A DNA stretch of 58,988 nt, the filler included, from Dirinaria sp. TL-2023a (lineage: Eukaryota): the NCBI GenBank assembly GCA_051941275.1. It is 5 parts of 5 records of this genome, joined end to end, with 100 filler letters (N's around TTAATTAATTAA, not from the genome) between each part and the next. Parts side by side here need not be neighbours in the genome. Positions count along the whole stretch, not along the records: positions 47,302 to 58,988 come from JAVEBF010000826.1; 4 more parts are not named here. One strand, 5' to 3'. Of the stretch, positions 48,058 through 58,988 are shown piece after piece. Under the pieces are notes generated by a model. It did not search any database, was not told where the DNA came from, and saw only the letters and a list, made by a program, of their open reading frames with translations. Position numbers and translations under genes: made by a program. How positions within the stretch are numbered: the first letter of the stretch is position 1; each line of letters starts with the position of its first letter.

Positions 48058-51000
48058 CTACTCCTTAATGCCTTCATTGACCAGCATCTCCACGACGAGC
48101 TGCCGGCCTTCATGCTCCGGGTGCTGCATCGCGATCTTCACGGTTCCCTGCTGCGCGCCAGCGGTACCGGCAACGCCATCGTCCAAAAGCCTGACGTCGC
48201 GACCGCTGACGACCTGCTTCAGGCGGCCGTTGACGGCGTTGCGCACCTCGACGAAGCCGCCGCCCTGATCGACGAGCACAAGGTACATGCCGCCCCACAG
48301 GGTGGCCTGACGGGCTTTGCCGACGAATTCCATCACCACGGCACGGCTGACGTCGCCGAGCTTGTTGACGTAGATGCCGACTTCGTCGAAGCAGAGCAGG
48401 AACTCGCTGTCCGAGAGGCGGAACATGCCGAGGGGTCTCTGGTCGCGCAGGCGCACCGCGATGGAAGCGCAGTCGGGCGCTTTCAGGTCCGGGATCGAGA
48501 TTGGGACCTTCTTGTCCAGCGTCATGACTTCGACCCCGCGCGCCGTGGATATGGCGATGCTGGTGTGGAAAAGGTTGATGGCGTACGTCTCGCTCGGGAT
48601 GTAGAAGTCGTCGAAGTCGCGGAAGAAATCCGTCGTTCCTTTCCTCAAGCCCAACAACCTGCCCGACCGCGAATTGGAATTGGTTTGGTTGCTCTTATGA
48701 TAAACTGGCTCCAAGACTTTGAACGTGGAGGAGATGCCTTCCCGCTTCTTGTAGAAGACTAGGGTCCGGTCCTTCATGCGTCCGGTGGCGAAGAAGCCAA
48801 CGTCACGGTTGCCCGAGAGCTTCTGTGGAGCATGGCGTGGGGAAGAGCTCGATTGAGCGGGCATAGAGGGGAACGATGGAGGGCAGATGCTGTCGAGGTG
48901 GTACGCTATGAGGGATTTATCGGAGATGAGGAGGAAAAGCGAGAATTCCTCTAGAACGGCAATCTGGGTCACGCGGGTTGGTGCAGCATTTGCCTATGGT
49001 GAAGTAAGTCATTAAGCAAAGTGTATGAGGCTGTGGGGGAACAAAGAGGCAAGGAAGGCGGCTTACGCGAGTCCAACCTCGAGCGTCGTTGTACTGAGTG
49101 ATATAAACCCCGTTGTCCGTTCCAATCGCAAGCATCGGATTACCCATAGGTTGATTAAAAGCCGTTGCGCAGTTTACAGAAGCTCTGCATTTCGGTGGGG
49201 GGCGCGATGGTGAGCCAGCGAACGTGTTTTCAACTTCGCGTATTGCGCGGTCGAGTGGAGTCCCCTTGATGACGATCGGTGTCGGACTCCCAGACATGGA
49301 GTCGTTAGCGAAAGCAGTATCTGCGATGACTCTCAATCGAAAAGGTTCGGCGTTTTGGCGGAAGAGCGAAGCCGCATGTCTCGTCTTCGCCTCGATGATC
49401 TTCTCACACCAGTCTTGCCGATTTTGCGCCGTTGGAGCGTACAGGGTGTAGACATCACTTTTCCCAAGGTGTTTGACACGAAAAGGAAACATGACTTTCT
49501 CGCTGTCATTCGGACTTTCAAGTGTTGTCGCAGGAACGAACCCTTTTCCGGATGCCGTAGTACCCACCGAAGCCACCGATGAGGCCGTATTGGTGTGAGT
49601 AAGGGTTCCTGGACCGGTCGAGCCAGGCTGGCCAGCCACCGCCGGACGCCCGGTCGGTACCTTGGTAGTAACTGCTCCAACTGCGCCGATTCCTTTGAGT
49701 GAAGACTTCTGGACAGGGTCGTCGTCGGTGCTTTCAAGCACAAGGAGGTCCATCGGTATTGGTAGCTTGGAGACGTCATATCTCTCATATTTCAAGCCTC
49801 CAGCAGCGTCTCGTTGGCTGATGGTTTTCGCCAAAACCAGATAATGGTCGAACAATATGGCGTGGGTTTCGAGCCAAGAAAATTTGTTGGAGCCCGTCCT
49901 CTGCAGATCTCCCTGGAAGATCACCTCTCGTCCGAGATGCTTCAGATTCAGATGCACCTTCTCCATACCCGGACGCAGTTGCAGCTTCGACGCAAGCTCG
50001 GACAGGCTAACTCTCTTGGCCATATCCGCTACTTTGCCATCGCATTCCAGTGTCACGGCTCTGATCTCTTCAATAGCAGCAGCTAGGTTGGCCTTTTCTT
50101 CTGATTCTTGGATCATGTGCTTGTGGACAGTCGCCAGCAAGAGACCATATCTTTGAAGTCTCGTGATAGGCGCTTTAAGATATGTATCCCATCCTAGCCT
50201 CTTTGAACGCTCGTTGTCCCTAACCTGGTCGAGGAACTGACGAAAGAGCATATTGCGCTCAGCTTCCTGCCGAATCAGAAAACTAGCGTTGGGGAAGCTA
50301 CCTGCATAATCCACGTATGCATTCTTGGCCTTCCTGATCCATTCTCGGAAGATATCGCTAAAGCCCACAATCATGGGTCCCTGCTCATGCTGACGATATT
50401 TGAGCTGCGCCAGAAGATGATCCTCATTGACCTGCTTAATCGCATCGACTTTGCCGAAAACATCTTGGAGAAAGCTTTCTCTTCGCTTTGGCGCGATGAT
50501 CGGGGGTTGCCACTTGGCCAGCTCGTCCCGGTACAGCGTCCTAAGTACGTTCAGCTGATCCATGAACAAATCTTCCGTGGTAACGATTTCATGGAGGTTG
50601 TTCTGCCGCTCAATCTCCTTCTTGTTTAATTTATCTAAATCCTCCTTCTTGAGTTTGTAGAAAGTGGCCCAGTCCTCAACTTTACGTTGAGGCTCAAGTA
50701 CCTGCGTTTGCAGATTGATCTTTTTCAAAGTGCGCATACAATGGTGTGCATAGCATCTACCGGGAAGTGCCTGCGTATGTACCCGAGGTGAGTAGCAACC
50801 CGTCCCTGTTAATTGAAAAAGGACTCCCGTCATCGACTCAGCACCGAATTTGACCCACTCTTCTTCTTTCACAAGCGCACCTCCATCGAACATTGCTCTG
50901 ACGACTTTGGCGCCTAGCGCTTCGCCATCCGCGACGTTCATGGTTGGGACTTTATGTGTGAATAACGCTACGATGCCGTCGACAATTGCGTGCTCTTTAA

Positions 51001-53545
51001 GGTCGGTCTCCCCTTCACTCATTTCTCTGATCCACGCTATGATAGAGCTTAGCGCCCACGGTTCCGAACATTTCTTGAAATCGTTCGTGGAGAGCTTAGC
51101 AGGATTAAACTTCTTCCGCTTTCCAGCTGGAATCTCCGGTAAGCCAAGAAGCTCTGCACTCTGAGGTATTGACGAATCAGGGCCACCGAACTCTGAGCCG
51201 TAGGCAGATGCTGTTCGTACACTCGACAGCTGTTGCTGCTGTTTAAGAAGTCGTGCTCGATCTGCATCGGTCTTGGAGCGTATAGGCGGTATTGTTTGCG
51301 GAGTACTGCTGTGGCTTACAAGAGAAGATGATCTGGGTACAGGGGTTCCTGACGGGCTCAGCAGCTGGCTGTAGGCATCTGGAGCAGTTGGATAAAATGG
51401 ACGGCCATATTGATCATAACCTGTCTGAGCCGCAGGGTTTGGATAAGAGCCAGCGGGCATCAGTTGAGGAAGCCGATTCTTAGCTGCGATGCCTCCAGGT
51501 GCTACTGGTAGAGGCCGGCCAGAACCTGAACCCGGATGGAAATACATGTCCGGCATTCCTTCCGCTGCTGGACTTTGGGTAGCTGATGTCTGAGCTCCTT
51601 CGGATTCGGCTAGGGTCGCCTCGTCTCCATCCTCAAAACTGAGTCGTCTTGGGTGAGCACCAGGTTCAGAAAGCCCTCCAGTGCCACCAGTATCGACACG
51701 AGCACCAAGCGTGGGAGGAAACGGATAAAGCTCCTGATCTTCAGGTATTGGATAATCGTACATGCCTCGGTAAGCAGGAAGGTCGTCATTCGATGTCTCG
51801 CGTCCGGTCATCGCAGGCCGGCGCCCGTACTCTTGCTCAGCATAGTTTCCTTGACTGCTTGGATGGGAGAAAGGCTGATCGCCGTAGTGTACGTGCCCGG
51901 GGAAGCCACCGCCGTAAGAATTGATGTCTACCGGGACGTCACTATCGCTACTCAACTCTCCTCCTGAAACGGCACCGTGCCGTGAACTTTCTCTCATGTA
52001 ATGGGAACCAGCGAATCCGGAGTCAGCACCACTCTGCCGCCGAGCTTCATCAAGCGCGTCTTGTTCATCAGCCATCTGTAGTGCTGCTAGACCAGCCTCA
52101 GCTTCAGCATCACTGCCCTCACTATGAACCCCGACATCAGTCTGCTGAGGTGCGTTGAGATGACCGTTAGTGTACCCGTAACTATTATGCGAAGTCAAAT
52201 CTGGGCCCGATCCTGCGGAGAATAATGGATGAGGTGAGTCGCTTTCGTCTTGATGGACCTGCATGGTCGGACTTCTTCTTGACGTCGAAGTCACATTCGT
52301 ACCCATGACTGCAGCCTCCACTTCACGCATCAAATCGTCATAGCCAGGATCTTCATCTGGTCTCGCGATTGCATCACGATGTTCATTGCGGCCTCCAAAG
52401 TAATCCAGCTCGGCATCGATATCCGCAGGTGGCCCAGGGAGTGGTCTTGCGTGCGGATGGCGACCGGTAGTGTTCATGCGCAGCGGCGAATGCTGGGGCG
52501 GAGTCGGACCAGGTGTGCCTGGTGTGGGCGGTAGAGAATTGTCAAGATTCATGGGTGGTGAAATCGCATTCGGCCTGAACGAATTTGGCGATGATAGGCT
52601 AGAATCGCCATTAGAGGAGGGTTGAGATGGTATTGCATTTAGTGAAGACTGCGTGGGAAAAAATCGGTCTGCGGTCTGCTGATAGCGTGTTTGTGATGGT
52701 GAACCTCTATGAGATTGACGATATGAGGCTGTTGACGGCTCAGTAGTTGTGAAGGTATCGCGTACTGGTGAGAATGGCGGAGGTGGTGGAGCAGGAGGAG
52801 TATAGCCCGACGATCGCGACGGCAAAGGTGGCGGAACGGGCTGCTGCTGCGAATATGGTTGATGTATGGCTGATTGTTGCATAGGAGGAGTGCCCCTTTG
52901 GAAACCTACCCGGTTCCCATACGGCTGCTCTACTACACGCTGCGACGGGGGCGGAGGAGGCTGATTGGAGAAGTATGGTTGAGTGGGAGAAGCAAAGCTT
53001 GGTGCGATTGACTGGTGCGATTGACCTGCTTGATTCGAGGATGTATAAGGGACACCGGTGGGTTGGTACGCTGCTGGATTGTACGGCTGATGTGCTGGCG
53101 AAGTATGAAAGCTCGACGCGTTGTTCGAAGCCTGCGGCGGGGTATAGTGTGAAGGCACAGCGCCATACTGCTGTGGGTTGTAGGCCTGTGCACTGCTGGT
53201 TGGCGCTGGAGGTGTTCCTTGATGTTGGTACCCGCCAGAGGAATACGTTGTAGATCGATTTGGCAATACTGAATGTGAAGTGCCCATGAACAGCTCCTCC
53301 TGCTGCATGTTCGCATTACTCCCCGCTCGATAAGCCCTCGTACCGTATGCGCCCTCTTGTCCAGGCCCACCACCTCGATACTGTGCGTCATCGCCTTGGT
53401 CGAAGCTTGGGCTCCGATGAACGTGTTGATAAGTCGACATTTGACCACTTTGTGAGGATGCTTGTGGGGGCCGAGATGTTTGTGGACTCTGGGGTTGATT
53501 GTAGGGGTTTTGCTGATGATGGCTGCTGTTCTGGTAGTAAGACAT
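48058..53545 (-). CDS. Rho1 guanine nucleotide exchange factor, DH-PH-CNH architecture (Rgf3/Tus1/Rom-like)
   Basis: ATG at 53545; Pro/Gln-rich N-terminus; DH domain (EIERQNNLHEIVTTEDLF..YLKAPITRLQRYGLLL), PH (LFDHYLVLAK..RQDWCEKI), intron 49066-48994, CNH (LISDKSLIAY..PLGMFRLSDSEFLLCF). Confidence 0.93.
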
Positions 53546-54846
53546 GTCGCGCAAGCTACCCTTCACTTCAGTGCACAATCTTCCGAAGGACCAGGAATTG
53601 AGGAGGTTGTGGACCAAAATCGTATTCGCGCTGGGAGCTGCGCTGTGCGTGTTGCATCACTTCGCAGCGCCTCTGCCAACAGACTCGCCAAGCTCTTGCG
53701 CATGTGATGTCGAAGCTCAATCTGGATCATTCAAGCCCGCCGAAACGGGTGGCATGAAGCAATTCAAGTATTTGAACGTGCCGGTTGCTGACGGAGATAT
53801 AGGATCGGTATTGGTGCCAGTCTTGGCCATTGATAGGGTTACCTTACAGTGGGAAAGAGACGTGTTCGGGCTTAGGCCCAGCTTGGATATGGGCGTTGAC
53901 GTAAGACACGAGCCGTTGGAAGGTAGTTAATATGGAACAATGGACAGTCACATAGGGTACTGTAGAGATACCTCGGACGCTCACCCGGAACGTTTAGCGA
54001 GAAGAGTCATAAGGTATTATGGCGACGGTGACACTGGACAGCGGGCAGGCCGGCGCAGTAAGTTGGTACATTATTATTAAGTACTTACGTACTTCTATGC
54101 AGTGTAGGTAGTGCTGAAAGAACGGGTGGGACGGACTCGGTCCAAGTCTACCTTACTGAGCAAAGTCCGGGTACTCGTACCCTAATTGTACCCTCAAGGA
54201 CTGGGAGCTTCGGCAAATCCTTCAACACTGTATGTACAGTATGTGTAGAGGTAAGAGTACTTTACCTACCAGTATGCTGCATATGCCAATAAAGCTACTC
54301 ACACAGCATCTGCGTTTCAGATCGTTGCAACAGTTCTATTGCTTATACCAGGCATATCAGGTTCGGGCTTTCTTTCATGGTTGCGCACGATGCCATCATT
54401 GCTGACCCAAGGCTACACTAAGGTACTCGTACCTTACCTACTTATAGTTTGCCGGCTTCCAATTGGAACCGTAACCAAAACCTGGTATGCTCGCTTTTTG
54501 CTCTTCTTGGATTGTCCTAGCTACTGACTTCCAGAAGTCACCGGACGAGCTCACCGAGAGGTGAATCCCTCATCCACTCCAGGAGAACAAACGCCCTGCC
54601 CTGCTCCATCCTAGTTCGCCCGTGACATTCCGAGCTTGCGACCTTGCACACGCTGTGAAGACACACCGAACAAGCTGCCATGACCCGTGAGCACCGGTTC
54701 GGGAGAAACGGCAACGGGGAGGAAGCCTATCCAATAAGTGAGAGCTCCGGGGGATACGTCGTGACACAAGTCAAGGTAGAGCCGCACACAAAAAGCCAGC
54801 GCTGAGGCTCCTAGTATGTAGAGCCTGAAGGAGGATTGTGTCATGC

Positions 54847-57800
54847 TCAGCCGCCTTTGCGATCCGCCTCGTTGACTGGCATCGGTTCACCAGGAGCTAC
54901 GCCTGTCAATTGAGATCCGCTGTTCTTGGACTTGTGCTTCTTATTCTTCTTTGACGACGTCTGCTGCCACCCGTTACCCGACGACTGCCCTGTCTGTGCA
55001 TTGACAGCTGAAACGGCAGGTATACCGTTAGGTTTGGGCGAGAGAGGCCCCGCGATGTTGTCTTTTTGCCCTGCACTAGCTTTACCTGAGAATGGAGGTA
55101 TTGCTTGAAGCTGATATTTGCGAGCTAAACGATTACCAGGTCGCAGCTCTGCGCCGTTATCATCCTTACGCATGGCCGTAGGGGATGGGGTTCGAACTTC
55201 GCGTACAGGTGACAGTAGTGGTACAGGCTTTAGGGGCTTATCATATGAAGCGTTGGAAGGCTCTGGCTTTGAGGCATCTCTAGAGGCGGACGGCGACTCG
55301 GCTTCATTCTGCAGAGGCTTATCTCGATACGAACTGGGGAATGGACCATTACCCGTGTTTCTGTCATTTTCAGCAATCATTTTGTACCCGTTACTTATGG
55401 GGGAGTCGAGCTGTGCGGTTACAGGTGCTGGTGCAGTGCCGTTGACCTGTGGATAAACACGTCGGGGCTTTAGGTTGGCGTTTGGACTCGAAGCATGGTC
55501 AAGCGAGCCATGCACGCCGTTAATTGTTGAGAAAGGGTCGTGCTGGCGAGAGGGCATGGACGACACCGTTTCGGAGCGTCCAGACCGTTGTTGTGGTTCT
55601 TCATCAATCGTTGAGTGATGGCTATGTGATTGCATTCTAAGGCCAAAGTACGCATCGTTCGTTGTCGTCCTTTCCAAAGGCGTATCATTACGCGCAGGGT
55701 GCTCATACGGGTTCCAGCCATCAGACCCATCAACTATGATAGGCCCGGAAGTTCGTAGATTCGACGGTGGAGCGGAGGCTCGTTCGATCTGAATTGGGCC
55801 GGGGGGAGCCGAAGCCGCAGACCGGATACTGGTAGATCTATCTCTGTGAGGAACTGAAGGTGACGGTGAGGGAGACCTCGAAGGGTCGCCAAGTCTGTTA
55901 GGCGCATGCGGTATTCCTCTAGCCCTGTATGGTGCCTCGCCATATACGGGAACACGGTTGGCGCCGAACTCGTTTTGGTATGCACGACCGGTGGGAGAAT
56001 CATGAACGTAATATCCAATATACTCTTTCGGCAAGTTCTCGTCCAGTCTTGTATCCAGCTGGAGGAGACCCTGGCCTGAGAAATCAGGGTGTCTCAGCCG
56101 CTTCTGGGCTTCAAGTATGTTATGGAGCTGCTGTTGCCGTAGCTGTTGGTACTGTTGCAGGGAGTATCCGCCCAATAACAGAGCATGGGGATTAGGGACC
56201 GGCAAAGCCATAGGAAGCGGTCTAGCTGGCTGCGAGTGAGATCTTAAGCCTGCAGTAGAGGCATTGTCTGCATTGACCGACCGGTTCAAGCTGCGCCTTA
56301 GCTCCGGCTGAGTTGACTTCATCGAGGGAGATGGAGGGTTAGTGCGGACGGTCTGCTGCGTTGTTCTGGGCGCGGGGGAATAAGGCAGAGGATAACTTGT
56401 ATGTGTAGGACGTAAAGGGGCGGTAAGGGGCGGGACCGACGCTGTAGCAGACACGGCCAGATGATCTCTTGCTGCTTGCTGAGCGGAGGAAGTCACCTGG
56501 CTCAGACCTTGAGCCTGCAAATGGGCCTGCATTTGGGCCTGCGCTTGTACGCGCCGTAACTCGTGCTCCTGAGCCTGCAGGATCTGGTAGTCGTTGATCA
56601 ATTTCTCATGAAGCTGGAACTGGTCAATAGCCCCTGACAGCGGCTGCTCCCAAAGCCCAACCGCGCCAGGGACCATTTGAGGGTTGACGAATTTAGTTGA
56701 GGCCGCAGCACTTGAAGCACGTCGGCCTTGCTGGTTACTGCCGCGATGCTGGTTCTGTACATGCCGCCCTCCTCGATTGCTAAAGCCCCCTCTACCGCCA
56801 CGTCCGGACTGTGACTGGCTCCTTGTCAGCACTGGAGGAGGCTTTGGCGGCGGCTTCTCCCATATCTTCTCCTCCACGGCGGGGAACACATATTGCTCCA
56901 TGCACTCGTCAAGTTTGGCATCAGCAACAAGATCAAAGGCCCGTCTGAGCTCCAAATGTACACCTCGAAAAGATATATCATCGGCCGTGTTACCCAGATT
57001 CCTGTCAGTATTGAAAGGCTCTTCAACACACAGCCTATTGTTCTGCATCAGATGCCACTTCTTGTCTTCTTTTGATATCAGGGTGCCTTCTCGGATCGAG
57101 ATAACGTTCCTTTCATAGTCTAGTTCATGAGCATAGCGACGGAAGAAATGGAATAGCAGTTCCCCGAGAGATTCTTTGTTCTTGTTGCCGAAGCCTCGCA
57201 GTGAGAAAATATCATCTGCAAAGGCCGAAGGCTTGCCATCAGCACCTATTAAGCGCTGGTGAGGTCTTTTATGCAGACATGGCAGTACCGGAGGGTTTCT
57301 TGTCTGAAGGAAGCTGAGAATCATACAGATCCATGTATACGAGCTGAGTGTGCCTCCCAGCGCTATGACATAGGATCAGAAGGGTCCGATAGTATTTGAG
57401 CAGATACACATACCAGCATCATTGAGAATCCGACGTCTAGTCCAGTGCTTGATGATCATAGCAAGCGGGCGTACACGTGGATCGATCTCCACATACGTTT
57501 TTATCATCCGTGTATTTTCCAGAGCTAGCGTATTGTTCACATTCATATCGCATGCCAGTTGCAGCTCAGGGTCCCAAAACTTGACAATAGGGACTTTGGC
57601 GTGAGGAACACACACAACGCGCTCCATGCCATCTGTTTCTAGATCAGCCAATGTTGGACGATACTTTAGAGGAGCCATACGCTCAGCAAGTGCTTTCGCT
57701 AACAGGCAAACTCGCTCAAGAGCTTTCATCGGCGTGGTGATACATATGTCCACTGCTGACTGTCAACCTATTAATCTCTCAATCCACTTGGTCCACCAAC

Positions 57801-58365
57801 CGTCCGATTCATCTGTATACAGCAGATTCCCAGACGACCCGAAAACATGGACCTTTATGTCATTCCCAGGCCACTGCTTATTTAAGATATCTTCCAATTT
57901 ACTTATAAATTTTGACCTTCGCTCATTACTGTCTGGAGATGGGTCAAGCCGATCATAGAGCTCCCTCATATCACCACTCAACTTTCCTTCCTCGGCCGGA
58001 TTGAGGTATTTTTTTGGCATGGTTTTGGCTCTTGGTAATTGATCACCGCCAATCGAGTATGGTATTCTTCTTCGCGAAAATGCCATTCCAGTCTCATATT
58101 TGCATCCCATCAGCGAAGGTTCTTTCGCTCGAAAGCGCGGCCCACTGTCCGACTCTGATTGTGCAGTAGGAGATCGGCTGCCCAGCGACTTCTCGGGCGA
58201 AGGTGATCGCGCATGGAAAGACAGCTTCCGAGCACGCTGATACGGCGTTGACGGGAGAGAGCTTGTCTGATGGGTGATGGCGGAAGGGTTATGCGGAGGC
58301 GACATCTGCATCGCGAGAGCGCCGCCATTGTCCTTGCGCGGCACGCTTGAATCCATTGTTGTCAT
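54847..58365 (-). CDS. Non-canonical poly(A)/terminal nucleotidyltransferase, Cid1/Cid13/CutA family (start codon uncertain)
   Basis: HVFGSSGNLLYTDESD|VDICI, KVPIVKFWDP..CDMNVNN, GGTLSSYTWICMI, PAP-associated LCVEEPFNTDRNLG; introns 57800-57753, 57680-57633, 57413-57363; long disordered C-terminus. An additional 5' exon is possible. Confidence 0.9.
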
Positions 58366-58988
58366 CGGCGATTTTCTGAGTGCCTGGTCCCTTTCGGAGA
58401 CTTTCCCATCTACTATTCTCTCCACGAGCGGCGGCTGTCAAGCACGCCGCATGGACCGTAGAGACGAGTTTCTTCCAGGAGCGCAACCACGCCCAAAAAA
58501 TCGGTACACGACTATCCTCAACAATGATATTGGACGTTAGTCGGTCTCAGAATTGTCCTCGGATTCCTCTTAACCCTTCCTTGTAAGCTCTGAGGTGGCG
58601 CTTGCTAGGACTCTCAACCTTCGAAGATGGGAGGGTATGGGTGATTCAAGAGCTTCAGTACACTCTGGAAAGTGACAGCAGCTGATCGGAATACCGGACG
58701 TGGAAGGGAGGTGATGAAATTGGTTGGTGTTCGGTTACTTGAATCCGGTCTGTTGGTAAGCAAGAGCTACATGTTCTGGGCTGGAGTGCTGTTGACCCGT
58801 ATGTGATCTGATTGCAAGGATTCGAAGCAATGGGAGCTTTTGGTAAGAAGGACAAGGTTGCAAGGGGAGAGCAGCGACGCTATATGAGTGAGGGTACAAA
58901 TGGATGCGATGCACGACAGCGAGGCAATCAAAACGGTTCAGGGACAAATCGATAGAGCGCCAAGGTCAGACAAGGATGCTTCCACTCC

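Noticed and set aside
47965..48762. Long antisense ORFs (also 66-611, 24455-25207, 36755-37426, 44510-45181)
   Set aside because: Shadow frames opposite GC-rich genuine genes.
1..58988. CRISPR arrays, rRNA, intact transposase/reverse transcriptase or Starship captain genes
   Set aside because: No repeat-spacer array, rRNA-like sequence or such ORFs were seen.

Overview
Filamentous ascomycete (Pezizomycotina) genomic DNA with short GT-AG introns. The window is five unrelated contigs joined by artificial 100-nt N44-TTAATTAATTAA-N44 spacers. Contig lengths fall monotonically (11746, 11736, 11720, 11699, 11687 bp), so adjacency across spacers is not biological. About 19 protein genes can be modelled, mostly housekeeping: MDR oxidoreductase, U1-type Zn-finger splicing factor, stomatin-like protein, beta-lactamase-family hydrolase, Reb1-like Myb protein, allantoinase, Vma12, Coq1, cellulose-synthase-like GT2, O-methyltransferase, SAM methyltransferase, PDI, CFEM membrane protein, CinA-C protein, Dal5-type permease, Rho GEF and a Cid13/CutA-like nucleotidyltransferase, plus two uncharacterised proteins. 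The most striking signal is invisible in the ORF track. It is a spliced gene at 6269-7317 (-) joining a HeLo-like/SesA-type N-terminal domain to a C-terminal two-repeat HET-s-like amyloid motif, with all visible lesions confined to the effector half and no NLR partner on the contig. Also notable are a 479-bp fold-back element (34696-35174), an intronless BcsA-like synthase with a CATG-rich upstream region, and a CFEM/His-rich/transmembrane/Cys-rich receptor-like protein. All family calls come from motif recognition by eye; no searches were run.
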